Shown: piece after piece, positions 16,664-26,431 of the stretch
How the letters are laid out: every line of letters starts with the position of its first letter
How positions within the stretch are numbered: the stretch's first letter is position 1
DNA from: Oscillospiraceae bacterium
Lineage (GTDB): Bacteria > Bacillota > Clostridia > Oscillospirales > UBA929
Direction of reading: 5' to 3'
DNA: 64,000 bases
Assembly: GCA_031550325.1 (NCBI GenBank)
Contig: JAVBOR010000024.1
Coordinates: 4,062-68,061 of the forward strand
Notes under the pieces: model-generated
The model's database searches: none
The model's input: the letters and a program-made list of their open reading frames with translations, nothing else
What the model was told of the DNA's origin: nothing
Program-made: the position numbers and the translations under genes

Positions 16664-17942
16664 GACCATGGATCGCGCGGCCATCCGGGCGCTGCAGCGG
16701 GAGCGCTTCGCCTGGACCATGGACCATATTTTTCGCTCGGCGCCTGTTCAGCGGCAAAAGCTTGTGGACGCCGGGATCAAGTCAGCCGGGGCGGTGACGC
16801 TGGAGGACATCGCGTCTCTGCCGTTTACGATGAAAAAAGACTTTCACCAGAACTACCCGTTCGGGATGTTCGCCGTTGAGCAAAGTGAGGTGGTGCGCCT
16901 GCAGGGAACGTCGGGCACCACCGGCAAGCCGACCATCGGCGGCTACACGCGGGAAGACCTGGAGATGTGGAAGGACCTCATTGCGCGCCTGGCCGTCTCG
17001 GTGGGCGTGGGCAGGCAGGACCTGGCGCAGGTCAGCTTCGGCTACGGGCTGTTTACCGGCGGGTTTGGGCTGCATCAGGGACTGGAGCATATCGGCGCGA
17101 CCGTTCTGCCCATGAGCTCGGGCAACACCGAAAAGCAGCTGATGATGATGCAGGACATGGGCACGACGGTGCTGATCGCCACGCCGTCCTATGCGCTTTA
17201 TCTGTCCGAGGTCGTGCGGGAGAAGGGCATCCGCGACAGCCTTAAGCTGCGCATCGGCCTGTTTGGCGGCGAGGGCTGCACCAAAGAGATGCGCCAGACG
17301 ATTGAAAACAATATGGGTATTATCGCCACGAACAACTACGGCCTGTGCGAGCTTACAGGGCCGGGCGTGTCGGGCGAGTGCCTTGAGCGTGACGGACTGC
17401 ACATTGCCGAGGATCATTTCTATCCCGAGATTATTAACCCAGATACCGGGGAGGTTTTGGGCGAGGGCGAGCGCGGGGAGCTGGTTGTCACCACGCTGAC
17501 GCGCCAGTGCGTGCCGCTGATCCGCTACCGCACACGCGACATCACAAGCCTTTCTTACGAGCCCTGCCGCTGCGGAAGAACCCATGTGCGCATGGCGCCG
17601 ACCTATGGACGCAGCGACGACATGCTGCTGATCAAGGGCGTCAACGTGTTTCCCTCTCAAATTGAAAGCGTACTCATCGGCATGGAGCATATTGGCCCGC
17701 ATTATTTGCTTTTTGTGCGGCATGAGGGCTACATGGACACGCTTGAGGTGCAGGTGGAGCTGGTGGACGCGCAGCTCTTGGAGCATTTCTCCATGCTGGA
17801 AAGGGTGCAGCGCACCATCAGGGAGAGGCTTCAGGTTGTGCTTGGCCTGCAGACGAAGGTCACGCTGGTCGCCCCGCAGACCATCGAGCGGTTCCAGGGA
17901 AAGGCCAAGCGCGTCATTGATTTGAGAAACAGGGCGGAATGA
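16644..17942 (+). CDS. Phenylacetate-CoA ligase family protein (PaaK-like), paralog 1
   Basis: TTG 16644 lies 9 nt after AAGGAGG (16628-16634) and overlaps the symporter 3' end. The resulting N-terminus MWQKKLETMDRAAIRALQ aligns with paralog 2 ([19 protein letters not shown]). The adenylation motif GTSGTTGKPT is present. Confidence 0.85.
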   Translation: MWQKKLETMDRAAIRALQRERFAWTMDHIFRSAPVQRQKLVDAGIKSAGAVTLEDIASLPFTMKKDFHQNYPFGMFAVEQSEVVRLQGTSGTTGKPTIGGYTREDLEMWKDLIARLAVSVGVGRQDLAQVSFGYGLFTGGFGLHQGLEHIGATVLPMSSGNTEKQLMMMQDMGTTVLIATPSYALYLSEVVREKGIRDSLKLRIGLFGGEGCTKEMRQTIENNMGIIATNNYGLCELTGPGVSGECLERDGLHIAEDHFYPEIINPDTGEVLGEGERGELVVTTLTRQCVPLIRYRTRDITSLSYEPCRCGRTHVRMAPTYGRSDDMLLIKGVNVFPSQIESVLIGMEHIGPHYLLFVRHEGYMDTLEVQVELVDAQLLEHFSMLERVQRTIRERLQVVLGLQTKVTLVAPQTIERFQGKAKRVIDLRNRAE

Positions 17943-17951
17943 GGTAACTTG

Positions 17952-19241
17952 ATGTACTGGAACAAAGAGATAGAGACCCTGCCTCGCGAGGAAATGCGCA
18001 GGCTGCAAAGCGTGCGCCTGCGTCAGGCAGTGGAGCGCGCGTACAATAATGTGGAGCCCTACAGGGCAAAAATGGACGCTTGCGGCCTGCGGCCTGAGGA
18101 CATCGGCTCCATCGACGATCTGTGCAAGCTGCCCATGACGCTCAAGAGCGACCTGCGCGACAACTACCCGTACGGGATGTTCGGCGCGCCGATGAACGAG
18201 ATTGTGCGCATTCACGCGTCGTCGGGCACGACGGGAAAGCAGACGGTTGTCGGCTACACGAAAAAAGACATTGAGATATGGAATGAGTGCATGGCGCGCA
18301 GCCTGACCATGTGCGGCGCGACAAAAGAGGACATTATTCACGTGTCGTACGGGTACGGCCTGTTTACGGGCGGCCTCGGCGGCCACTACGGCGGGGAGAC
18401 GATCGGTGCGGCCACGATCCCCGCGTCGACCGGGAACACGAAGCGTCAGCTCCAGATGTTTGAGGACTTTGGCTCGACGGTGCTGATGTGCACGCCGTCC
18501 TACGCGATGTATCTCGGCGACGCCGTGCAGGCCGCCGGCATCAGGGACAAGATCAAGCTGCGCATCGGCGTTCACGGCGCCGAGCCGTGGACGGAGGAAA
18601 TGCGCGCCGAAATCGAGGCGCGGCTCGGCGTGAAGGCATACGATATTTATGGGCTGTCGGAGGTTTCGGGCCCCGGCGTGTCCAACGAATGCGAGCACAG
18701 GTGCGGGCTTCACGTGCAGGAGGATCACTTCTTTCCCGAGATTGTCGATCCCGAGAGCAAGCTGCCCCTGCCCGACGGGACGCCCGGAGAGCTGGTGTTC
18801 ACCTGCCTTACCAAGGAAGGGCTGCCGCTGATCCGCTACAACACGCGCGACATCTGTACACTGAATCACGAGCCCTGCGCCTGCGGGCGCACCACGGTGC
18901 GCATGGGCAAGATCACGGGCCGCAGCGACGACATGCTGATCATCCGCGGTGTCAACGTCTTCCCCTCGCAGATTGAGAGCGCGCTTTTGTCGGTGGGAGA
19001 GGTCTCGCCGTACTACATGATCATTGTCGACCGCGTGGATACCCTGGATACGCTTGAAATTCAGGTGGAAATGCCTGAGAACTTTCCCTTTGACGAGGTG
19101 CGCAGGGTGGAGGCGCTTGAGCGCAGAGTGCACCGCGAGGTGATGAGTGCCCTGGGGATATCAGCCGTCGTCAGGCTGGTCGCGCCGTACTCGCTCGAAC
19201 GCAGCGAGGGCAAGGCCAAACGGGTCATAGACAAGCGCTGA
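17952..19241 (+). CDS. Phenylacetate-CoA ligase family protein (PaaK-like), paralog 2
   Basis: ATG 17952 lies 7 nt after GAGG. Sequence: [49 protein letters not shown]. Confidence 0.88.
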   Translation: MYWNKEIETLPREEMRRLQSVRLRQAVERAYNNVEPYRAKMDACGLRPEDIGSIDDLCKLPMTLKSDLRDNYPYGMFGAPMNEIVRIHASSGTTGKQTVVGYTKKDIEIWNECMARSLTMCGATKEDIIHVSYGYGLFTGGLGGHYGGETIGAATIPASTGNTKRQLQMFEDFGSTVLMCTPSYAMYLGDAVQAAGIRDKIKLRIGVHGAEPWTEEMRAEIEARLGVKAYDIYGLSEVSGPGVSNECEHRCGLHVQEDHFFPEIVDPESKLPLPDGTPGELVFTCLTKEGLPLIRYNTRDICTLNHEPCACGRTTVRMGKITGRSDDMLIIRGVNVFPSQIESALLSVGEVSPYYMIIVDRVDTLDTLEIQVEMPENFPFDEVRRVEALERRVHREVMSALGISAVVRLVAPYSLERSEGKAKRVIDKR

Positions 19242-19308
19242 GGCATGTGAGAATAACGGTTTGCCGTCGGCAAGGGGCGGAAGGCAACACCATGAATGGA
19301 GGCTGCAA

Positions 19309-19740
19309 ATGACTATCTATCAAATCTCTGTTTTCGTAGAGAATCGTCTGGGCCGCTTGGCGGAGATCACCGACGTGCTGGCCAGAGAGAATATCGATCT
19401 GCGCGCGCTCTCGATTGCCGATACGAGTGACTTTGGGATTCTCAGGCTGATTGTCGATCAGCCCGACAAGGCCGTCAAGGCGCTGCGGGACGCGGGCATT
19501 ACCGTCAGCAAAACAGAAGTGATCGCCGTCAAGCTCGGGGATCATCCGGGCGCGCTGAACCAGGTTTTGCAGGAGCTTGGCCAGGAGGGCGTCATTGTGG
19601 AATATGTCTACGCCTTTATCACGCGAAAGGATGAGGACGCCTACGTCATTCTGCGCGTGGAGGACAACCAAAAGGCCATAGAAATTCTGAAAAAGAACGG
19701 AAATCAGTTCTTGCAGGCGTCGGATGTGTATGGGATCTGA
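19309..19740 (+). CDS. ACT domain-containing protein (two ACT repeats)
   Basis: ATG 19309 lies 7 nt after GGAGG. MTIYQISVFVENRLGRLAEITDVLARENIDLRALSIAD.. is the usual small ACT protein found next to PaaK-like ligases. Confidence 0.8.
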   Translation: MTIYQISVFVENRLGRLAEITDVLARENIDLRALSIADTSDFGILRLIVDQPDKAVKALRDAGITVSKTEVIAVKLGDHPGALNQVLQELGQEGVIVEYVYAFITRKDEDAYVILRVEDNQKAIEILKKNGNQFLQASDVYGI

Positions 19741-20905
19741 CCTGGTTGCCGACGTTGAGTTTTCGCTTCTTGAGCAGTTTGCGCGCATAGAGGCAGTCAG
19801 CCTGCACCATACCGCCCGCGTGCTGGAGGCGTTCAGCCGCCATCGCGTGTCCGACGCGCATTTCGGCGGTTCCACGGGCTACGGGTACGGCGACGTCGGC
19901 CGCGACACGCTGGACTCGTGCTTTGCCGATGTTTTCGGCGCGGAGGACGCGCTGGTTCGCGTGCAGTTTGTCAACGGAACGCATGCCATCGCCTGCGCGC
20001 TGCGCGCGTGTGCGCCGGGCGGAAAGGTGCTTTCGCTGGTGGGCAAGCCATACGACACGCTGCTCGGCCTTGCCAACTTTGACGTGGTGCCGGTGACCAA
20101 GAAGGGCGAGCCCGATCTGCAGGCCGCCGCCGAGGCGCTGAAGCGCGGGCGCTGCGAGGCAGCGTTTATTCAGCGTTCGCGAGGCTATTCCAGCCGTAAG
20201 GCGCTCTCGGTGAAGGAGATCGGAAAGCTTACGGCAATGGCAAAGGAAACCGGACTTCCTGTCGTGGTGGACAACTGCTACGGCGAGTTTGTCGATGAGC
20301 TTGAGCCGCCCGCTGTGGGAGCAGACCTGACCGCGGGGTCGCTGATCAAGAATCCCGGCGGCGGGCTGGCGCTTACGGGCGGCTATGTCGCCGGAACTCC
20401 CGAATATGTGGACAAAGCGGCCGAGGCGCTGACCGTCAAGGGCATCGGCCGCGAGTGCGGCAGCTCGCTGGGGCAGAACCGCGCGCTGTTTCAAGGGCTT
20501 TTTCTCGCGCCGCACACGGTCGCGCAGGCGCTTAAAACGGCCTGCTTCTGCGCCGCGATGCTGGAGCGGCTGGGCTTTGAGACCTCGCCGCCGAGCCGGG
20601 AGGCGCGGCACGATATCATCCAGATGATCTGCTTCGGCGCGCCCGAGCCGCTGCTGCGCTTTGTGCGCGGCATCCAGAAGGGCAGTCCTGTGGACAGCTT
20701 TGCCACGCCTGAACCCTGGGATATGCCGGGCTACGACCACAAGGTCGTCATGGCGGCGGGGACGTTTGTGCAGGGGGCGTCGATTGAGCTCAGCTGTGAC
20801 GGGCCGATGCGCGCGCCGTATAACGCATACTTACAGGGCGGCCTGACGTATGAGGCCGGGAAGCTTGGCGTGCTTCGCGCGCTCTCGGAGATGGGCGCAC
20901 TGTGA
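19724..20905 (+). CDS. Methionine gamma-lyase-family PLP protein (YnbB / 'aluminium resistance' type)
   Basis: FGGSTGYGYGDVGRDTLDSCFADVFGAEDALVRVQFVNGTHAI is the signature N-terminal block of this family. The start is ATG 19724 or 19730 and overlaps the end of the ACT gene. Confidence 0.8.
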   Translation: MCMGSDLVADVEFSLLEQFARIEAVSLHHTARVLEAFSRHRVSDAHFGGSTGYGYGDVGRDTLDSCFADVFGAEDALVRVQFVNGTHAIACALRACAPGGKVLSLVGKPYDTLLGLANFDVVPVTKKGEPDLQAAAEALKRGRCEAAFIQRSRGYSSRKALSVKEIGKLTAMAKETGLPVVVDNCYGEFVDELEPPAVGADLTAGSLIKNPGGGLALTGGYVAGTPEYVDKAAEALTVKGIGRECGSSLGQNRALFQGLFLAPHTVAQALKTACFCAAMLERLGFETSPPSREARHDIIQMICFGAPEPLLRFVRGIQKGSPVDSFATPEPWDMPGYDHKVVMAAGTFVQGASIELSCDGPMRAPYNAYLQGGLTYEAGKLGVLRALSEMGAL

Positions 20906-21390
20906 CGGTTTTGGGCATTGACCCCGGGATTGCCACCGTGGGGTTTGGCCTTGTCCGGTCGGAGGGCGGCAAGCCCGTGCACATTCGGCACGGCGTGATT
21001 CGTACGCCGGCCGGGCAGCCGCTTTATGAGCGCCTTGGCACGATATATGAGGATCTTCACGAGCTCATGCGGCTGTTTTCGCCCGAGGCGCTGGCAGTTG
21101 AGGAACTTTTTTTTGGAAATAACGTCACCACCGGCATCAACGTCGCGCATGGGCGCGGCGTTGTTCTGCTGGCGGCGGCGCAGCACGGACTTGCCGTTGC
21201 GGAGTATAAGCCCTCCCAGGTCAAGATGGCCGTTGTCGGCTATGGGAAGGCTGATAAACTACAGGTTATGGAGATGACCAAGAGCCTTCTCGGGCTCAAA
21301 GCGGCGCCCCGGCCGGATGACGCTGCCGACGCGCTTGCTGTGGCGATCTGCCATGTGCACAGCGCCGCTTCCCTGATGAACTTACGCTGA
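20902..21390 (+). CDS. ruvC: Crossover junction endodeoxyribonuclease RuvC
   Basis: The GTG start overlaps the upstream stop (GTGA). Sequence: MTVLGIDPGIATVGFG..AVEELFF..GYGKADKLQV..PDDAADALAVAICH. Confidence 0.92.
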   Translation: MTVLGIDPGIATVGFGLVRSEGGKPVHIRHGVIRTPAGQPLYERLGTIYEDLHELMRLFSPEALAVEELFFGNNVTTGINVAHGRGVVLLAAAQHGLAVAEYKPSQVKMAVVGYGKADKLQVMEMTKSLLGLKAAPRPDDAADALAVAICHVHSAASLMNLR

Positions 21391-21416
21391 AAAATGCCTG
21401 ACATAAGGAGCGTATC

Positions 21417-22019
21417 ATGATCTATCATCTTTCCGGCGTGCTTGCGCACAAAGAGCCGAACCTTGCCGTCGTGGACGTTCAGGGGGTTGGCTGGGCCTGC
21501 CACACGTCGCTGTCCACGCTGGGCTCGCTGAAAAGTGGGGATAAAGTCAAGCTGTATACGCATATGATCGTACGTGAGGACGCCTGCGAGCTGTACGGCT
21601 TTTTAACAGCCGAGGAGCTGACGACGTTCAGAATGCTCATCACCATCTCGGGCGTCGGGCCGAAGGCGGCGATTTCGGTGCTTTCCTCCATGAGCCCAGA
21701 GCGGCTGGCGCTCACGATCATCACGGGAGATGAAAAGGCGCTGACGACGGCGCCCGGCGTGGGAAAGAAGCTAGCCCAGCGCATCATCCTGGAGCTCAAA
21801 GACAAGCTGGGCAAACAGCAGAGCGCGTTTTCGGGCGTCGCCGAGGCGGTCGGAGCGCCGCCCATCCTCACGGGAAAGCTGTCCGAGGCGCAGGCCGCAC
21901 TGGGCGTGCTTGGGTACTCCCCGTCCGACGCCGCGCTGGCGCTCAAGGATCTCGACCTTGAGGCGCTGGAGGTTGAGGAAATCCTGCGGCAGGCGCTGCG
22001 CAAGCTGGCCAGACTGTAA
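21417..22019 (+). CDS. ruvA: Holliday junction branch migration complex subunit RuvA
   Basis: AAGGAG SD. Sequence: [48 protein letters not shown]. Confidence 0.92.
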   Translation: MIYHLSGVLAHKEPNLAVVDVQGVGWACHTSLSTLGSLKSGDKVKLYTHMIVREDACELYGFLTAEELTTFRMLITISGVGPKAAISVLSSMSPERLALTIITGDEKALTTAPGVGKKLAQRIILELKDKLGKQQSAFSGVAEAVGAPPILTGKLSEAQAALGVLGYSPSDAALALKDLDLEALEVEEILRQALRKLARL

Positions 22020-22068
22020 GGCACCGGCGCATACGCGAGAATCCCTTTTGGGACGGGAGGTGATCCCC

Positions 22069-23127
22069 ATGGGCATTGATTTTGACACACAGGACGAATA
22101 CGAGGAGCGGGTGGTCTCCAGCACGCTGCTGAAGGGCGAGGAGGGCGAGGCCACGCTGCGCCCGCGCACGCTCAGCGAGTACACCGGTCAGGAAAAGGCC
22201 AAGGGAAATCTTTCGGTTTTCATTGAGGCAGCGCGCAAACGCGCCGAGGCGCTTGACCATGTGCTGCTGTACGGCCCGCCGGGTTTGGGCAAAACAACGC
22301 TGGCCGGCGTCATCGCCAACGAGATGGGCGTCAACATCCGCATCACGTCCGGCCCCGCCATTGAGAAGGCCGGGGATCTGGCCGCGCTGCTGACGTCACT
22401 GGAAGACTATGATATTTTATTTGTCGACGAGATCCACCGGCTCAACCGCGCTGTGGAGGAGATTCTCTACCCGGCGATGGAGGACTACGCGGTGGATATC
22501 ATTCTGGGCAAGGGGCCGTCGGCGCGCTCCATTCGGCTTGACCTGCGCAAGTTTACCCTGATCGGAGCCACGACGCGCGCGGGACAGCTCACGGCGCCGC
22601 TGCGCGACCGCTTTGGCGTGGTGCTTCGGCTGGAACTGTACACGCCTGAAGAGCTGGCGCGGATTGTCAGACGGAGCGCGAGTATTTTGGAGATCCCGAT
22701 CGAGGAGAGCGGCGCGCTGGAAATTGCGTCGCGTTCGCGCGGAACGCCGCGCATCGCCAACCGTATATTAAAAAGAGTGCGGGATTTTGCGCAGGTGCGC
22801 GCCGACGGCGTGATTACGCGCGAGGTGGCCGACATGGCGCTGGGGCGGCTTGAAATCGACGGCCTTGGGCTCGACTCCACCGACCGGCGTATGCTCGAAT
22901 CCATTATTCGCAATTTTGGCGGCGGCCCGGTCGGGCTGGAGACGCTGTCGGCGACGATCGGCGAGGAGTCGGTCACGCTGGAGGACGTCTATGAGCCGTT
23001 TTTAATGCAGCAGGGCTTTTTGGCGCGCACGCCGCGCGGACGCTGCGTCACCGAGCGCGCTTATGAGCATCTGGGCATCTGCATGGGCAAGAATAGCCAG
23101 TTATCCCTGGAGGGAGAGCTATACTAA
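22069..23127 (+). CDS. ruvB: Holliday junction ATP-dependent DNA helicase RuvB
   Basis: ATG 22069 follows GGGAGGTGA; the track start 21910 lies inside ruvA. Sequence: [55 protein letters not shown]. Confidence 0.93.
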   Translation: MGIDFDTQDEYEERVVSSTLLKGEEGEATLRPRTLSEYTGQEKAKGNLSVFIEAARKRAEALDHVLLYGPPGLGKTTLAGVIANEMGVNIRITSGPAIEKAGDLAALLTSLEDYDILFVDEIHRLNRAVEEILYPAMEDYAVDIILGKGPSARSIRLDLRKFTLIGATTRAGQLTAPLRDRFGVVLRLELYTPEELARIVRRSASILEIPIEESGALEIASRSRGTPRIANRILKRVRDFAQVRADGVITREVADMALGRLEIDGLGLDSTDRRMLESIIRNFGGGPVGLETLSATIGEESVTLEDVYEPFLMQQGFLARTPRGRCVTERAYEHLGICMGKNSQLSLEGELY

Positions 23128-23140
23128 AGGAGGGAAAGCA

Positions 23141-24475
23141 ATGGGGAAACTCTTTGGCACGGATGGGATACGCGGCATCGCCAACGAAAGCCTGGACTGC
23201 CGGACGGCGTTTAAGGTCGGCCAGGCCGCGGCGGTTGCGCTGACGGAAGGCACACAGAATAAACCGGTGCTGTATATCGGAAAGGATACGCGCATTTCTT
23301 CGGATATGCTCGAGGCCGCTCTGGTGGCGGGCGTGACAAGCGCCGGCGCGGACGCCGTGCTGCTGGGCGTTGCGCCGACACCGGCGGTGGCCTACCTGAC
23401 CAAGAACCACGCCGACGCGGGCGTGATGATTTCGGCGTCGCACAACCCGTTCGAGTATAACGGCATCAAGATGTTCAGCGGACAGGGCTACAAACTGTCC
23501 GACGAGCTTGAGGAACATATTGAAATGCTTATGCAGTCGGATCTCCCGGTGAAAAAGGGCGCAGATATCGGCCGCGTCGTCCACAGAGAGGATCTGATTG
23601 AGCAGTATATTGACCATCTGGCGTCTGTCGCCAACGTAAGCCTGGACTGCCTGCGCATTGCCGTAGACTGCGCCAATGGCGCGGCTTCGCGCACGGCGCG
23701 CAAGCTGTTTGGCCTTTTGGGCGCCGACGAACTGGACGTGGCGTTCGATGAGCCCAACGGCGTGAACATCAACGTGGAATGCGGCTCTACGGCGCTCCAA
23801 AACCTCCAGAAACGGGTGGTCGGCGGTGGCTTTGACATCGGCATCGCGTTTGACGGCGACGCCGACCGCTGCCTGATCGTCGGAGAAAACGGCGCAGTGC
23901 TTGACGGTGACCGCATCATGGCGGTTTGTGGTCTCGCCGAGCGTGATTGTGGCCAGCTCGACGGACAGACCATCGTCGCGACCGTGATGAGCAACCTGGG
24001 CTTTCACGTCTGGGCGCGCCAAAACGGGCTCAAGCTGCTCACCGCGTCTGTGGGTGACCGCTATGTGCTGGAGGAAATGCTTAAGGGCTCGTATCAGGTC
24101 GGCGGCGAACAGAGCGGCCATGTCATCTTTTTGCGCCACGCCACCACCGGCGACGGGCAGCTCACGGCCATCAAGTTTTTGTCGGCGCTGAAAAAGCGCG
24201 GCTGTATGGTCTCCCAGCTTGTGGCCGATATTCCGCAGTTTCCGCAGATTCTGATTAATGTGGAGGTTCGCCCGGAACTGAAAGACACGCTCAGTGAACA
24301 CCCCGACGTCAGCAGAGAGGTCGAGCGTGCCCGGGAGACTCTGGGCGAAAACGGCAGGGTGCTTGTTCGCGCGTCGGGGACAGAGGCGCTCGTACGTGTC
24401 ATGATTGAGGGTCAAAATCAACAAGTCATTGGCGATTTAGCAGAAAAAATAGCGAATGTCATCAAAAATCTCTAA
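23141..24475 (+). CDS. glmM: Phosphoglucosamine mutase
   Basis: ATG 23141 follows AAGGAGGG. Sequence: MGKLFGTDGIRG.., with the active-site block GVMISASHNPFEYNGIK and the FDGDADR and GGEQSGH motifs. Confidence 0.93.
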   Translation: MGKLFGTDGIRGIANESLDCRTAFKVGQAAAVALTEGTQNKPVLYIGKDTRISSDMLEAALVAGVTSAGADAVLLGVAPTPAVAYLTKNHADAGVMISASHNPFEYNGIKMFSGQGYKLSDELEEHIEMLMQSDLPVKKGADIGRVVHREDLIEQYIDHLASVANVSLDCLRIAVDCANGAASRTARKLFGLLGADELDVAFDEPNGVNINVECGSTALQNLQKRVVGGGFDIGIAFDGDADRCLIVGENGAVLDGDRIMAVCGLAERDCGQLDGQTIVATVMSNLGFHVWARQNGLKLLTASVGDRYVLEEMLKGSYQVGGEQSGHVIFLRHATTGDGQLTAIKFLSALKKRGCMVSQLVADIPQFPQILINVEVRPELKDTLSEHPDVSREVERARETLGENGRVLVRASGTEALVRVMIEGQNQQVIGDLAEKIANVIKNL

Positions 24476-24492
24476 ATATTTTTCTCCAGGCC

Positions 24493-24522
24493 TTGACAAT
24501 ACAAGCGTTTTGAGCATATAAT
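24493..24522 (+). promoter_or_regulatory. Near-consensus sigma-A promoter upstream of sigH
   Basis: TTGACA (24493-24498), 18-nt spacer, TATAAT (24517-24522). Confidence 0.6.
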
Positions 24523-24541
24523 AGGCAAGGAGTCGTAGATT

Positions 24542-25126
24542 TTGAGGCGGCCTATGGTTGAAATGATTTCCGATGAGCAGCTTTGCTCAGCAGCACAGCA
24601 AGGATCGCGTGACGCCGAACAGGCGCTTGCACTGCGCTATTTGCGATTCGTCCGCGCCTGTGTCCGTCCGTTTTTTTTGACGGGCGGAGATTACGAGGAT
24701 GTGCTTCAAGAGGGAATGATCGGGCTTCTGATGGCGATTCGCGAATTTGACCCTTCCCGCGAGAGCGGATTTAGGTCCTTTGCCGGACTCTGTATTCGCA
24801 ACCGTGTTCTTTCGGCCATTCGTTCAGCCGAGCGCTCCAAGCACCTGCCACTGAAAAACTATAGCTCGTTTGAGTCGCTGTCCCTTTCTCCTGACGCTCT
24901 CGACGCGCCCGTTAGTCCCGAGGATTTTGTTGTAGGACAAGAGTCGTTTGCCGAGTTCTTGATCATGCTGCAAGGGTTGTTGTCTTCACTGGAACGGCAG
25001 GTATTGGAACACTATTTGGAGGGTTTGTCCTATCAGGAAATGTCTCATGCGTTGCATAAGCCTCCAAAAGCCATTGACAACGCCATCCAGCGAATTCGCC
25101 GCAAACTGGCGGCGATAACACCTTAG
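24542..25126 (+). CDS. sigH: RNA polymerase sporulation-initiation sigma factor SigH
   Basis: TTG 24542 lies 9 nt after AAGGAG (alternative ATG at 24554). YEDVLQEGMIGLLMAIREFDP..FRSFAGLCIRNRVLSAIRSAERSKHLPLKNY..LSSLERQVLEHYLEGLSYQEMS..KAIDNAIQRIRRKL parallels B. subtilis SigH block for block. Confidence 0.85.
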   Translation: MRRPMVEMISDEQLCSAAQQGSRDAEQALALRYLRFVRACVRPFFLTGGDYEDVLQEGMIGLLMAIREFDPSRESGFRSFAGLCIRNRVLSAIRSAERSKHLPLKNYSSFESLSLSPDALDAPVSPEDFVVGQESFAEFLIMLQGLLSSLERQVLEHYLEGLSYQEMSHALHKPPKAIDNAIQRIRRKLAAITP

Positions 25127-25241
25127 CGATAACAGGAATCCCCTGTTACGTAATATGCTGCCCTAGTAGCGAGCCCCAGAGCGCGTCAAGTGTTCGGTGA
25201 ATGATCGTCCGAGGGCAAGAAAGTCAAAGAGAGGGAAAAAA

Positions 25242-25520
25242 ATGTACGAGGACAGAACACTCAATTGCAAGGAATGTGGCCAGGAGTTCGTGTTTACCGC
25301 TGGTGAGCAGGAATTCTACGCGGAGCGCGGCTTTATGAATGAGCCCCAGCGCTGCAAAACTTGCCGCGATGCCCGCAAAAACGCATCCCGTGCGCCGAGA
25401 GAGTTTTTCACCGCCGTCTGCGCGTCCTGTGGCGGGGAGGCCAAAGTGCCTTTCGAGCCTAAGACCGATCGTCCTGTTTACTGCAGCGATTGCTTTGCGC
25501 GCATGCGTGAAAACGGCTAA
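25242..25520 (+). CDS. Small zinc-ribbon protein (CxxC x4; 'probable zinc-binding domain' family)
   Basis: ATG 25242 follows GAGAGGGA. Sequence: MYEDRTLNCKECGQEFVFTAGEQEFYAERGFMNEPQRCKTCR..CASCGGEAKVPFEP..PVYCSDCF. Confidence 0.75.
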   Translation: MYEDRTLNCKECGQEFVFTAGEQEFYAERGFMNEPQRCKTCRDARKNASRAPREFFTAVCASCGGEAKVPFEPKTDRPVYCSDCFARMRENG

Positions 25521-25537
25521 TTGAAAAACACAGTTAA

Positions 25538-25568
25538 GGTGCCCGCTCCAAAGCGGGTACCTTTCTCT
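25538..25568 (+). terminator. Rho-independent terminator
   Basis: GGTGCCCGCT-ccaa-AGCGGGTACC (10 bp including one G-U) followed by TTTCTCT. Confidence 0.6.
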
Positions 25569-25598
25569 GCTTAAGTAGCCAAAGAAAGGATGTTTTTC

Positions 25599-25817
25599 AT
25601 GGGTCCCGTGACAAAAGATATGATTATTTCGGACATTTTAAAGTTGGATGGCGAGAGTGCGCAATTTTTTCTTGAGATTGGCATGCACTGCCTGGGCTGT
25701 CCCGCCTCGCGCGGGGAGACGCTTGAGGAGGCTTGTGTTGTGCACGGCGTCAACGCAGACGAACTGATGGATCGCATCAACAGCCACATTGAGGCCAAGC
25801 AGGCCTCTGGCAACTGA
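25599..25817 (+). CDS. DUF1858 / hybrid-cluster-protein-associated redox disulfide domain protein
   Basis: ATG 25599 lies 8 nt after AAAGGA. Sequence: MGPVTKDMIISDIL..FFLEIGMHCLGCPASRGETLEEACVVHGVNADELMDRIN. Confidence 0.7.
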   Translation: MGPVTKDMIISDILKLDGESAQFFLEIGMHCLGCPASRGETLEEACVVHGVNADELMDRINSHIEAKQASGN

Positions 25818-25841
25818 TTTCGGCGTACGATGATGGATGGG

Positions 25842-25880
25842 GGTGCTCTGGAGTGTTCGCACTCCAGAGCACCTTTTTAT
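25842..25880 (+). terminator. Strong rho-independent terminator
   Basis: GGTGCTCTGGAGTG-ttcg-CACTCCAGAGCACC (14 bp, perfect) followed by TTTTTATT. Confidence 0.85.
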
Positions 25881-25942
25881 TGGGAGTAATTGGCTTGCGT
25901 TTTGGCGCGGTCGAACGATATAACAAAGAAGGGAGCTTGCGC

Positions 25943-26431
25943 ATGGGCAGACCGATTAGCCTCAGACCCCGACTGCTGGCTATCGCCGAGCGCATAGTCC
26001 CGCACGCCCGCGTGGTGGATGTCGGCGTGGATCACGCAAGGCTCCCCGTGTATTTGGCGCAGCAAAACATTACGCGCCGTGTGGTGGCTACGGACATTTC
26101 CGGTGGCCCGCTGGCACGCGCCGCAAAGATGCTGGAGCTTCACCGCCTGTTGCAGGAGATCGCGCTGGTGCAGTGTGACGGGCTGAGCGCGATCATCCCG
26201 GAAGAGGTCGACACGGTGGTTGTAGCCGGGATGGGCGGCGAGAGCATTGCCGAAATTTTGCGTAAGGCGCCGTGGACCAAAGACAAACATCTTCTGCTTC
26301 AGCCGATGACGCGTGTCGACCGGCTGCTGGCTTTTCTGGGAGAGAATGCGTACGCCCTACCCGTGAGGACCGAGATTTCTGAGGGCAGGCGCGTGTATCA
26401 AATGATTGAGGTTGGGAGAGAGAATTTATGA
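25943..26431 (+). CDS. trmK: tRNA (adenine22-N1)-methyltransferase TrmK-like
   Basis: ATG 25943 follows GAAGGGAG. Sequence: L.PRLLAIAERI..VVDVGVDHARLPVYL..VVATDI..GPL..A..VVAGMGGE.I..IL. The gene precedes a Nif3-family gene, as in the Bacillus yqfN-yqfO pair. Confidence 0.75.
   Translation: MGRPISLRPRLLAIAERIVPHARVVDVGVDHARLPVYLAQQNITRRVVATDISGGPLARAAKMLELHRLLQEIALVQCDGLSAIIPEEVDTVVVAGMGGESIAEILRKAPWTKDKHLLLQPMTRVDRLLAFLGENAYALPVRTEISEGRRVYQMIEVGRENL

Noticed and set aside
16782-19133. 783-aa minus-strand ORF opposite the two PaaK-like genes
   Set aside because: Same reasoning. The sense strand carries unambiguous adenylate-forming enzyme motifs, and the antisense translation is compositionally biased with no motif.
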